The notes under the pieces: generated by a model | Told to the model about the DNA's origin: nothing | Database searches by the model: none | The model's input: the letters and a program-made list of their open reading frames with translations, nothing else | Assembly: GCA_048938005.1 (NCBI GenBank) | Contig: JBHLMQ010000013.1 | Location: 15,543-79,542, forward strand | DNA from: Promethearchaeota archaeon | GTDB lineage: Archaea > Asgardarchaeota > Lokiarchaeia > Sigyniarchaeales > SOKP01 | Reading direction: 5' to 3' | DNA: 64,000 bases | Translations under genes and position numbers: made by a program | In this document: positions 20,087-29,517 of the stretch, in pieces | How positions within the stretch are numbered: position 1 is the stretch's first letter | Layout: each line of letters opens with the position of its first letter

Positions 20087-22501
20087 TTAAAAAGATCTCT
20101 TTTTATTTTTAAATTTAGTATATAATGCTTTATCTAATAGACTTCCTATTTTCACAGCAATTTGATTCCCAATTTCATACCTTTCTCCATCAAGTAGATT
20201 TCTTTTTTCCTCAGGAGTAGGGATTTTACCTAGTCTTTTCATTAAGATTTTTTCAATAATATCATTTACAATATTTTTAGTTTTCTCGTAATTAGGTAAT
20301 TTAATATCTGAAGTGAAGTTTTTAATTTTTTCAATGGCGAAATTAAAAAATTGGCAGATTAAATCTATAGGATCCCCTCTTCTTTCACTGTGAAGTTTGA
20401 TATTATCTGTTGCTATTTTTGTGTCTTTTTCTTGCCAATATAACTGATTTGGGTTAATCCCAGGACTATTAATTCGCATAAGTGAACTTGTGATTCTACG
20501 TTCAATCCAATTTAAAGTACTTAATTCTTGTTCTTCTCGAATTTTTTTTGCTTTTTCTTCTTTTTCTTTTTCTTTCGATTCTATTATTTGTTCTACTTCT
20601 AACTTACGTGTTTGTTCAGATTTTTCAAATCTTTTAATAATATCATAACCAATAGAATATGAAATGGGAGAAATTAAATCCACTTTCAAGTTTAATGGAG
20701 CAATATCCTCGTATATTGGGCTTTCTTTATTTTTTAATTCTGAAATAGCCGTTTTTAAAGAGATCTCCATCAATCGGCTTAAAATGAATCCATTAACTTG
20801 AAATGGCTGATTATCAGCATTAAGTACAATAACTAATTCTTCTTGTCTTTTATTTAACCGTTGAATAATTAATTCTTCAAGTTTAATTTTAACCCATTCC
20901 TCCGAGTCAGTCGTTCCATAGATTTTTTTTAAAGCTAAAAGAATAAGTGATCTATCATTAGAAACCTTAAAATACAACTCTATTATTCTACTAAGCTGCC
21001 TTAAAATCTTGGATAATATATAAAAGAAAATATCTTTTGCTAATTGATTAATAATGTCCTCGAAATCCAAAATAAATAATATATGAGAATAATTTATTAA
21101 CTTTAACTCATTTAAAAAGACCTTATCGATAACTTGCTTTTTTCCAATATACTCTCTTAACTCATTAATACTTGTTCCCATTTTTTCTTCTAAAACTCTT
21201 AATAAATCTGGATATTTATTAAGATCTTTGTTTATTATGTTTAATAATTCAAATTCAGAGACTTTATCGGACATTTCTGAGATTTCCCTGATATATTGAA
21301 AATCTAATTGGGAAATCGCCTTTTTTGCTAAATAGAATAAATTTTGTTTATCGTCATTTAAAGATACAATATCTAGTCTTTTTATATTATATCTAACCAT
21401 GCTACTTTTTACTTTATCAGATAATTCCTCATCAATATTTAAGAAATATAAAACATTGTAAACACCATATTTATTTAAAACATAAATGATATCGTCAAAA
21501 CTACATTCATTTAAACATTCTAAGAAATAGATAAAATCATTCGGATTCTCTTTTAATTTTTTAATTAATACGAATTTTAAAAAGCTTAATACTTTTTTTT
21601 CGAATTGATCATAATTTATTTTCTCCTTAAGACCATCTTCAATTTTTTTTATTAAATCTTTCTTTAAATTATTTGCGGCTATAAAAGTATTCAATCCAGG
21701 TATTGAAATAGGAAACCGGTCAAAATTGAAATCTAAAATTTTCCTTTTTATCATTCTAACTGGCATTGCTTCAATTTGTAGTTCCTTATAAGATTTAAAC
21801 TCGAAATCCTTTTTAGTTTTCTTTATTAATCGATTTAATGTTGCTAATTCTATGAATTTATCTTCCTTCTCTTCCAACTCTAATTTTTTCTCCAATTTAA
21901 CAGATATATCTTTAAAAGCCGCGCTTTTTTCTAAAATTTCTTTTTTAACTTCATTGGTTAGTCCTATTAAATCACCTATTAAATCGTAAAAATAAAAAGG
22001 CGGATAATTTAATATAATTTCTCTTAATTCTTGCTCAATTTGAATTTCAATATCTTTTATCATCTTCTCTTTTTGAATTTCTTGAAGTTCAGGTTTTCTT
22101 TCTTCAATTAACAACGAAATAAATTTGTTTTCTAAATCGATCAATTTATTGAGAAGATTAACTTCTAAAAATAATGAGTTTTTTAATAGGGAACTAACCT
22201 CTTCAAAAATAATCTTTTTTTCTGTGAGTTCTAAATTCTTGGTAGAATCGTAAGTAAATTTATCTAAATCAAAAGTCTTTTGAACCCTGATTCCTATATT
22301 ATGATATATATGAACAGTTGCTGTGGCAATTAATAAATCATTAAAGCTAGTTTTCTGGCTAATAAGTTCAAAGATTTTATTCTTATCAGCTTCCCTTTTA
22401 AAATGGGAAATTATTAAATCAACTGTTTGAAAGAATCTAAACGTACTTTCAACTGCAGTTGTTTTTCTCTTAACTCCGCTAATCATAATTCCTTCACCCA
22501 T
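20087..22501 (-). CDS. Large hypothetical helical protein (804 aa)
   Basis: Long ORF overlapping the end of the upstream gene; coiled-coil-like segments. Confidence 0.8.
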   Translation of the reverse strand: MGEGIMISGVKRKTTAVESTFRFFQTVDLIISHFKREADKNKIFELISQKTSFNDLLIATATVHIYHNIGIRVQKTFDLDKFTYDSTKNLELTEKKIIFEEVSSLLKNSLFLEVNLLNKLIDLENKFISLLIEERKPELQEIQKEKMIKDIEIQIEQELREIILNYPPFYFYDLIGDLIGLTNEVKKEILEKSAAFKDISVKLEKKLELEEKEDKFIELATLNRLIKKTKKDFEFKSYKELQIEAMPVRMIKRKILDFNFDRFPISIPGLNTFIAANNLKKDLIKKIEDGLKEKINYDQFEKKVLSFLKFVLIKKLKENPNDFIYFLECLNECSFDDIIYVLNKYGVYNVLYFLNIDEELSDKVKSSMVRYNIKRLDIVSLNDDKQNLFYLAKKAISQLDFQYIREISEMSDKVSEFELLNIINKDLNKYPDLLRVLEEKMGTSINELREYIGKKQVIDKVFLNELKLINYSHILFILDFEDIINQLAKDIFFYILSKILRQLSRIIELYFKVSNDRSLILLALKKIYGTTDSEEWVKIKLEELIIQRLNKRQEELVIVLNADNQPFQVNGFILSRLMEISLKTAISELKNKESPIYEDIAPLNLKVDLISPISYSIGYDIIKRFEKSEQTRKLEVEQIIESKEKEKEEKAKKIREEQELSTLNWIERRITSSLMRINSPGINPNQLYWQEKDTKIATDNIKLHSERRGDPIDLICQFFNFAIEKIKNFTSDIKLPNYEKTKNIVNDIIEKILMKRLGKIPTPEEKRNLLDGERYEIGNQIAVKIGSLLDKALYTKFKNKKRSF

Positions 22502-24789
22502 TCTCTATAAACTTCTTTAAAATTATCTGATATTTCAAATCTAGCATTATTGTGCCAAAATTTGAAATCTATTACATGAAAAAGTTCTCCCTTAAACAAT
22601 TCTCTTTCCTCATTTGTTAAAATATGTTTTAAAGTTACCGTTAAAGGTCTTGGTACTAATTTCGAAAAATATTTTAATTCCATATTTTTAATATAATTAT
22701 AAAAAGTCTCATCCTCATCTAAATTAAAATAATTAATGGGAATTATTTTCTCTGTTTGAGGATTTAGATAATTCAACTCATTTTTAATATTATTCTTAAC
22801 ATACTTCGGGAATTCAATATTAATATCAATACTAAATTCATAATTCTTATAAAATTCAAGTAATAAACTTTTTTCTTCAGGATTAGGTATTTTGGCTATA
22901 TACATGTCTAAAAAAGCCAGAAAATTTTCAATTTTTTGCTCATTTGATTCTCTCTCTTCAAAATATCCAATAAAATCATTGTATACCTCCGTTAATGTCC
23001 AAATTTTTTGTTCTTCTGGTTTAAGAAATTTCTTAGAATAATCTTTTATCCAATCTAGAATATAAAATTTCCACTCAAGGTTTATACCTCCTATTCTCTT
23101 TTCTAAAAATCTACGAAATCTATTCGCAAAAGTTACAGGATCACTGATTTCTTTATCAGGTTCCTCCTTAATATATCGATTTATTGTAGAATGTCGTAGA
23201 ACATAGCTTAACAAATAACGGAGCTCTCTTGAAAATTTCTTAAATTTCTCAATATGTTCTCTTATTCTTTCAGTATTAGATTCCATCTGGATTTCTGCAA
23301 AAGAGATTAAATCATCTATTTTCAAATCTATTACGTTAAGGAAAATATCAATATTCTTATCAACTATTAAAGTGAATTCTTTTATAAGTTCTGCTTCATC
23401 ATATTTGAGATCCTTTTTTAATAGAATCGAGTGTGTTTCAATATGATTAAAAAGAAATGCTTTAAATTTTCCAATTAATCTCTGTCCTAAAATTTTAGCC
23501 GGTTTTTGCTCCCTATTAAATTTCTCATTTAGGTTTTCAATTAATTTTATAGTTAATGTTTTTAATCTACGATAAGAAAGATATTTTGGAAGTGACCTCC
23601 TAATTAAATTTAGACTTTTTTTAATAATTTCAGAAAAATAATTGAAAACCGAAGTTAATTCTATTATTCTCAAACTTTTTTCTTGCTTTATTGAATGTTT
23701 GATAAATTTTTTAGTTATTTTGAAAATTTCTTCAAAATTTTCATTTTCTAATTTTCCTTTATTTAAAATAAAATGTTCAAATTTGTATAATAATTCATCT
23801 ATATCTCCTATTTCTCCTGTAATGAGAAAATTTCTAGAATATTCTAAAAATTTATTTAGAAATCTTTGTAAAACGACTAGTAATTTATCTATAGAGGAGA
23901 TTAACCATTCTACTGTATGAGGTTCATCATATACTTGTATTTTTTTGCTAATATACTTAATTATAAAAACAACTATTTCATCTTGAGATTCATCTAATGT
24001 TCCTGTATTTGCCAAATTAATGAGATTAGTTCCTAAGTTTAAAGTCTTGTCAACAATGAAATTAGCACTTGGTTCAGATATTGAATATTTAAGATGTTCA
24101 ATAGCTTGTTGTCCATCAAATGGAGTTTTCAGCTTTTGAAATTTAGAATTTAAAAAATTTATCTCCATAGGTCTTTTATACCATAAAATTTCAACATTAG
24201 AGATAATTTTAGCATATGTACTTAACATTTCCTTTTCTGTTGGGAGAGTCCTGCTTAAACCTATTAGTTTTCTGTTCCATTTTTCTTCTATTAGTTCTCC
24301 ATAGAGTTTTTTACTAAATCTAGAGGCGAATTTGTTATACAACTGTTGTTTATTTTCTTTGTTTAATCCTGGGTGATTAGATAACTCTTCTACTTCAAAA
24401 AATAATTTACTTATATTATTCAATGATTCTCTAGATTTATGTATATCTAAAACTCCAGTTTCAGGTTTTAACGCAAGTAGCAAGCTTTCACAATCTTTAA
24501 ATTTGCCTGGTATGAAAATCATTGATTTTGGGAAAATATTAATTCGAGCACTTTTTTCATCAAAGTTGTATAAATCAAACTCTATACTAAACACTTCTGC
24601 TCCCGTATAATCCCGTAAAAAAGCATTATACATTGTTAGAAATCTAATAACTTCTTGTGAAAGCTCAATGACTTTTTTTCTTGTTAGCCTTCCAGGACCA
24701 ATTACATCTCCAGCAATAACATCATTTGGAGAGGAATATCCAAATATCAATGAAAACTGGTAACTTATAGATTCGCGAGTTGTTATCAT
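22483..24789 (-). CDS. Large hypothetical helical protein (768 aa)
   Basis: Long ORF, no recognised catalytic motif. Confidence 0.8.
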   Translation of the reverse strand: MITTRESISYQFSLIFGYSSPNDVIAGDVIGPGRLTRKKVIELSQEVIRFLTMYNAFLRDYTGAEVFSIEFDLYNFDEKSARINIFPKSMIFIPGKFKDCESLLLALKPETGVLDIHKSRESLNNISKLFFEVEELSNHPGLNKENKQQLYNKFASRFSKKLYGELIEEKWNRKLIGLSRTLPTEKEMLSTYAKIISNVEILWYKRPMEINFLNSKFQKLKTPFDGQQAIEHLKYSISEPSANFIVDKTLNLGTNLINLANTGTLDESQDEIVVFIIKYISKKIQVYDEPHTVEWLISSIDKLLVVLQRFLNKFLEYSRNFLITGEIGDIDELLYKFEHFILNKGKLENENFEEIFKITKKFIKHSIKQEKSLRIIELTSVFNYFSEIIKKSLNLIRRSLPKYLSYRRLKTLTIKLIENLNEKFNREQKPAKILGQRLIGKFKAFLFNHIETHSILLKKDLKYDEAELIKEFTLIVDKNIDIFLNVIDLKIDDLISFAEIQMESNTERIREHIEKFKKFSRELRYLLSYVLRHSTINRYIKEEPDKEISDPVTFANRFRRFLEKRIGGINLEWKFYILDWIKDYSKKFLKPEEQKIWTLTEVYNDFIGYFEERESNEQKIENFLAFLDMYIAKIPNPEEKSLLLEFYKNYEFSIDINIEFPKYVKNNIKNELNYLNPQTEKIIPINYFNLDEDETFYNYIKNMELKYFSKLVPRPLTVTLKHILTNEERELFKGELFHVIDFKFWHNNARFEISDNFKEVYREWVKEL

Positions 24790-25113
24790 AATTTAATTCC
24801 ATTAACCAGTAGTAATTCTTAAATCAAGATATTATAAATATTAAATGTTCAGGCAAATACCTAAAATAAAAAATCAAAGGTTGTTTTAAATATTTTTAAG
24901 TTTATAAAGTATTAAAATTTACTTTTGAATAGTAAATAAAGTACACCTATAAAAATATTATAGTAGAAATAAGAGAGTAAGATAATGAATTTAAAAGTCT
25001 TGATTTATTAATCGCACTCTATAAAGATTATTTAATTTTTTAAAATAAAAATATAATAAGAGAAAAACTATATTAATAATAATAAAAACTTAAAGCATTC
25101 AAGGTGTTGGCTT

Positions 25114-25518
25114 ATACAATTTGGGTCTGATTTAGGAATTAATCAAGAGGATATTGAAAAAATTAGCCCTCAAATTACTTTTATAACCTCTAATGCAGAT
25201 ATAGAAGCTATAGCACTTGTAAGTTTTGAAGGGTATCAAATAGCTTTTTCAGCTTTACCACAATATCATGTTGATGGAGATCAATTTTGCGGACTTGCGA
25301 GTGCACTATTAATGACAGGAAGATCAACTATTCAGACTTTATTTCAGGAAGATTTGAGTGAAATCATAGTTCGGGCACAAGATGGCTATATCGTAATTAC
25401 TAATGCGGGGCGACTAGTGATTGTCTGTGCAGGAACAATAATTGATACACTTATGAAGACAGTAAAAGTTATGCGCATTGCAGCAAAGAATCTTTATAAA
25501 ATTTTCGAAAATCGCTAA
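25114..25518 (+). CDS. Roadblock/LC7 (MglB-like) protein, ~134 aa; the track's ATG at 25312 is probably internal
   Basis: Frame is open upstream: DIEAIALVSFEGYQIAFSA...DQFCGLASALLMTG...EIIVRAQDGYIVI gives a full roadblock pattern. ATA at 25114 follows AGGTG. Confidence 0.85.
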   Translation: MQFGSDLGINQEDIEKISPQITFITSNADIEAIALVSFEGYQIAFSALPQYHVDGDQFCGLASALLMTGRSTIQTLFQEDLSEIIVRAQDGYIVITNAGRLVIVCAGTIIDTLMKTVKVMRIAAKNLYKIFENR

Positions 25519-25707
25519 AAAATGTTCTCTTTTTACTCACTCTTTTAGAGACAATCTTATTTTACTTAATTTTCTTTCAAGAGTCTAGAATTTTTAAGCT
25601 CAAAAGTGAACATATTTTTCAACAAGTTTTAAAAAATTTCCATAAGTTTTTATTTATAGATGTATAAACAAGATTTAAAAATACATGATTGATTTTTTTT
25701 GACAATT

Positions 25708-25758
25708 ATGGCAACTGTAAGAAGTATTACTTGGCAGTGGCCTTGGCGTTGGCAATAG
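25708..25758 (+). CDS. Trp-rich leader peptide (uORF) of trpB2, MATVRSITWQWPWRWQ
   Basis: ATG GCA ACT GTA AGA AGT ATT ACT TGG CAG TGG CCT TGG CGT TGG CAA TAG; four TGG codons, 150 nt upstream of trpB2. Confidence 0.8.
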   Translation: MATVRSITWQWPWRWQ

Positions 25759-25786
25759 AGTCAACTACAATGGATTTTACTTAAAA

Positions 25787-25801
25787 TTGTTTTTTCATTT
25801 T
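25787..25801 (+). terminator. U-rich tract between the leader ORF and trpB2 (candidate conditional terminator)
   Basis: TTGTTTTTTCATTTT about 30 nt after the uORF stop. Archaeal terminators are oligo-U, but the genome is AT-rich. Confidence 0.35.
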
Positions 25802-25908
25802 AATATTTCTTCTCAAAATATTAAAAACTCTTTTTAAATGCGCATTATCTATATTGATTTCCAATATCTAAATGATACACATCTTAAGATGTGAAAAAAT
25901 GAATATAA

Positions 25909-27324
25909 GTGGTAATTAAAATGGTGGATTACTTTAATAGTAGAATTTTTTTACAACCAAATGAAATTCCAAAAGAATGGGTAAATATTTTACCAGATTT
26001 ACCCTCTCCTATGACACCCTTAATCAATCCGATGGATGGGAAACCCGCTTCCCCAGAAATGGCATTTGCTATATTTCCTAAAGAATGTGTAATGCAAGAA
26101 GTTTCTCAAGAATCTAATATACCCATTCCTAATGAATTAAGAGAAATTTTTGCGAGCACGTATCGCCCTAGTCCTCTCCATCGTGCTTTAGCTTTAGAAA
26201 AAGAATTAGGTATAGAAGGTGATGAAATTAAAATTTTTTATAAAAATGAATCTTTATCTCCTACTGGTTCGCACAAACCTAATACTGCTATTGCCCAAGC
26301 ATATTATGCAAAGAAGGAAGGAACAGAAGAACTAGTCACCGAAACAGGTGCAGGACAATGGGGTTCAGGCTTAGCATATGGATGCAATCTATTTAAACTT
26401 AAATGCACTGTGTATATGGTAAGAGCAAGCTTTTTACAAAAACCAGGCAGAAAAATTTTAATGAGATCTTTTAATGCTGATGTTCATGCAAGTCCTTCGA
26501 AGCTCACTGAATCTGGAAAAAAATTTTTAGAAAAGGATCCAGGGCATCCAGGTAGTTTAGGAATTTCCATATCTGAAGCATTAGAGCATAGTATGAGAAG
26601 TGATAAAATAAAATATTCTCTAGGAAGTGTAGTTAATTTTGTACTTTTACACCAAACCATTGTAGGACAGGAAGCTAAAATTCAATTAGCGAAAGTAGAT
26701 ATTGAAAAGCCAGATATAATAATTGGGTGCATGGGAGGCGGTTCAAATTTTTCAGGTTTGATGATTCCATTTGTCAGAGATAAACTCCGCGGAATAAGTC
26801 CAGATATAGAAATAATTGGTGTGGAACCTCGAGCATGTCCAAGTGTATGTAAAGGAGAGTATAGATGGGATTTTGGGGATACATCGATGAAGGGACCTAT
26901 AGTAAAGATGCATACTTTAGGACATACTTTCATCCCAAGCCCAATTCATGCAGGAGGATTAAGATACCATGGAATTGCTCCTATTATTTCAATATTATAC
27001 AACAATCGAATTATCAATGCTACTATGCATCATCAAACTGAAGTTATTAAAGCAGGTATTCAATTTGCAAATGCTGAAGGAATACTTCCTGCCCCAGAAA
27101 CCGCTCATGCTGTAAAAGAAGCTATTGATCAAGCATTGAAAGCTAAAGAGGATAATGAAAAGAAAGTTATCTTGTTCAATTTTAGTGGTCATGGATTTTT
27201 TGATTTATTAGCTTATAAAAAATATATGACAGGAGAATTAATGGAATATGAATTACCAACAGAAGAAATCCAAAAAGCTTTAGCGTCAGAAGAGATGCCT
27301 ATAATTGATGAATCTCAATTTTAA
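25909..27324 (+). CDS. trpB2: Tryptophan synthase beta chain, type 2 (TrpB2); start may be ATG 25921
   Basis: IPKEWVNILPDLP, GSHKPNTA (PLP Lys), TETGAGQWG, GSLGISISEA, GGGSNF, IHAGGLRYHG, FNFSGHG. Confidence 0.95.
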   Translation: MVIKMVDYFNSRIFLQPNEIPKEWVNILPDLPSPMTPLINPMDGKPASPEMAFAIFPKECVMQEVSQESNIPIPNELREIFASTYRPSPLHRALALEKELGIEGDEIKIFYKNESLSPTGSHKPNTAIAQAYYAKKEGTEELVTETGAGQWGSGLAYGCNLFKLKCTVYMVRASFLQKPGRKILMRSFNADVHASPSKLTESGKKFLEKDPGHPGSLGISISEALEHSMRSDKIKYSLGSVVNFVLLHQTIVGQEAKIQLAKVDIEKPDIIIGCMGGGSNFSGLMIPFVRDKLRGISPDIEIIGVEPRACPSVCKGEYRWDFGDTSMKGPIVKMHTLGHTFIPSPIHAGGLRYHGIAPIISILYNNRIINATMHHQTEVIKAGIQFANAEGILPAPETAHAVKEAIDQALKAKEDNEKKVILFNFSGHGFFDLLAYKKYMTGELMEYELPTEEIQKALASEEMPIIDESQF

Positions 27325-27434
27325 ATAATAATTATTATTTCTTTTTTTTTTTATATTTTATACCTTTAATGTTCAAGAAAATATTAAAACAAAAGAAACC
27401 TTTAAATATTAAAATTTCATGAGTTTGACCGTTA

Positions 27435-28418
27435 TTGAATATTTTTTCGATAATTATTATATGCTCTTTCTATTTTTATGGATTGATTCTTTTATATATC
27501 ACTTATTTAGCAAGGAGAAATAGAGAAAAAAGTGCGTTTATAAATAATTTAACAAATAGTTTAGTTCTAATAATTTCTATTACGACTAACCTCATTCTGA
27601 TAAACTACTTAAATCTCTCAAATAAAGAATTTATATTATTTCCTTTTAATATTTTAATGATCAGCTTTATTGTTTTATTTTTTCCCTTATTCTATTTATT
27701 TATTTCTCGAGAGAAACATAAAATAAAAAAAAGGGAAAAAAAGAGTAATAAGATTGGACTTCAATCATTTACAGAACTACCCCTTAAATACGATATATAT
27801 AGAAAAATAACTCACCTAGTTGTATTAGGAATAGTATTTATTTATTTTATTTTTGGATTTTTAAATCATAATTTAGTTGTCTTTTTAGTAGGTATTTCAT
27901 TGATTGGTTTATTAACTGCTGAAATAGTAAGAATTTTAAAACCTGAGATCTATCCTTTAAAACCAATCAATCAATTATTACGAGAAAAAGAATTACATAT
28001 GAGAGTGGGACCTCATATATCTTTGAGTATTGGATGTTTCTCTGTAATTATAATATACGGTCTAATTCAACCGAGTGGGCCTATAATAATCTGTTCTTCA
28101 ATGGTAATGTCTATTTTTGGAGACATTGCATCTAATTTGATAGGTCGAACAATAGGAAGTAAACAAATAAGAAATACAAAAAAGACATATGAGGGATTAC
28201 TTGCTGGAATCATCGTTGCTTTTTTCTCAGGAATAACAATCTTATTTTTTCTAAAAGATTTTTATAAATTCAATATCTCAGTATTATTTTTAATTCCTTT
28301 TATAGGCGCAATGCTTATAGGCATATTGGATTATCTAGACTTAGAGATCGATGATAATTTGTCTTATAATTTCTGTTTATCAACAGTATTATTTTTTATT
28401 TCAGCTTCTTTACTATAA
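27435..28418 (+). CDS. Dolichol/phytol/diacylglycerol kinase-like membrane protein (CTP-dependent)
   Basis: RKITH, LLREKE, FGDIASNLIG, KKTYEG, IDDNL. Confidence 0.8.
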   Translation: MNIFSIIIICSFYFYGLILLYITYLARRNREKSAFINNLTNSLVLIISITTNLILINYLNLSNKEFILFPFNILMISFIVLFFPLFYLFISREKHKIKKREKKSNKIGLQSFTELPLKYDIYRKITHLVVLGIVFIYFIFGFLNHNLVVFLVGISLIGLLTAEIVRILKPEIYPLKPINQLLREKELHMRVGPHISLSIGCFSVIIIYGLIQPSGPIIICSSMVMSIFGDIASNLIGRTIGSKQIRNTKKTYEGLLAGIIVAFFSGITILFFLKDFYKFNISVLFLIPFIGAMLIGILDYLDLEIDDNLSYNFCLSTVLFFISASLL

Positions 28419-28475
28419 AATAATTTTTTTCCTGTTTAATTAACATAAATTTTTTCAATCAAGGTATTTTTTTTT

Positions 28476-28988
28476 ATGAAAATGTTAGAAGAAAAATTAA
28501 AAATTGATAAAATTTCTAAAGGGACTGTTATTGATCACATTGATGCAGGATATGCTTTAACCATTCTTAATCTTACCGGTATTGATGAATCCAAAAATTT
28601 AATGACAATAGGAGTTAATGTTTCATCAAAGAAATATCAAACGAAAGACATTATTAAAATTGAGAACGTTTTCTTAAATGAAACTCAAATGCAACAGATA
28701 TCTATACTTTCCCCAAATGCTACAATTTCTTTAATTGAAAATTATAAAGTAATTGAAAAAAAAAAGGTAAAACTTCCACAGATAATTAAAAAATTGATAT
28801 TATGTGTTAATCAGACATGTATTTCAAATTCAGAAAAAGAACCTATCGAGTCTGAATTTCTAGTCTTAGAAGAAAAGCCCCTGAAAATACAATGTGTTTA
28901 TTGTGAACGTATATACAAATTGGAAGAAATTATTTTTACCTCAAAAGAAAAGAAAGAGAAGAAAGTAATACAACGAATACAATTATAA
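28476..28988 (+). CDS. pyrI: Aspartate carbamoyltransferase regulatory chain
   Basis: GTVIDHI, KDIIKIE, CVNQTCIS...CVYCE. Confidence 0.95.
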   Translation: MKMLEEKLKIDKISKGTVIDHIDAGYALTILNLTGIDESKNLMTIGVNVSSKKYQTKDIIKIENVFLNETQMQQISILSPNATISLIENYKVIEKKKVKLPQIIKKLILCVNQTCISNSEKEPIESEFLVLEEKPLKIQCVYCERIYKLEEIIFTSKEKKEKKVIQRIQL

Positions 28989-29005
28989 ATAGAAATTCGT
29001 TTATC

Positions 29006-29446
29006 CTATAGAAAGAGCTCGAGAATTGACGAGAAACCAGGGATATAAAAAAGCAGAGTATGAAGGAAAATACCTACAATCATAAATAAGAAGAAAAAAA
29101 TACCTATACCTGGTAAAATAATATTTTTCCAATTCCATTCTTCTTTATCATAATCATATTTTAATATAACAAAACTCACAACAAAAGGAAATAGAAACCA
29201 CCAGAACAGCATCCATAACAATAAAAACCAACCTATTAGCCCGAAAATAAGTCTTCCTACAAGTGCACTCAGTGCTCCTGTAAGTGCACGAATCCAATAC
29301 ATCTTTGTTTCCTTTTCTAGCCGAAGATCTAAAGTTTTTGATGGTCTTTTTTCAATTTGAATAGACTTTACTTGTAGTTCTTTCTTCTTCTGTTTTATTA
29401 ATCTTTGTCTTCTTTTTTTAATATCCACCTTCTTGCGCTTTCCCAT
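29006..29446 (-). CDS. Three-TM membrane protein, EMC6/Rab5ip-like
   Basis: Basic N-terminus, then YWIRALTGALSALVG...; G-x-x-x-F-F...L-H-T-L C-terminal pattern resembles EMC6. Confidence 0.55.
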   Translation of the reverse strand: MGKRKKVDIKKRRQRLIKQKKKELQVKSIQIEKRPSKTLDLRLEKETKMYWIRALTGALSALVGRLIFGLIGWFLLLWMLFWWFLFPFVVSFVILKYDYDKEEWNWKNIILPGIGIFFFLFMIVGIFLHTLLFYIPGFSSILELFL

Positions 29447-29517
29447 GATTATTATTATAAATATTATTTATTATAAAAATCATTATATATATTGACAAAC
29501 TAAAAATCGAATATAAA

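Noticed and set aside
25685-25702. Tiny ORF MIDFF* just before the Trp leader
   Set aside because: Five codons in a T-run, expected by chance, with no supporting signal.
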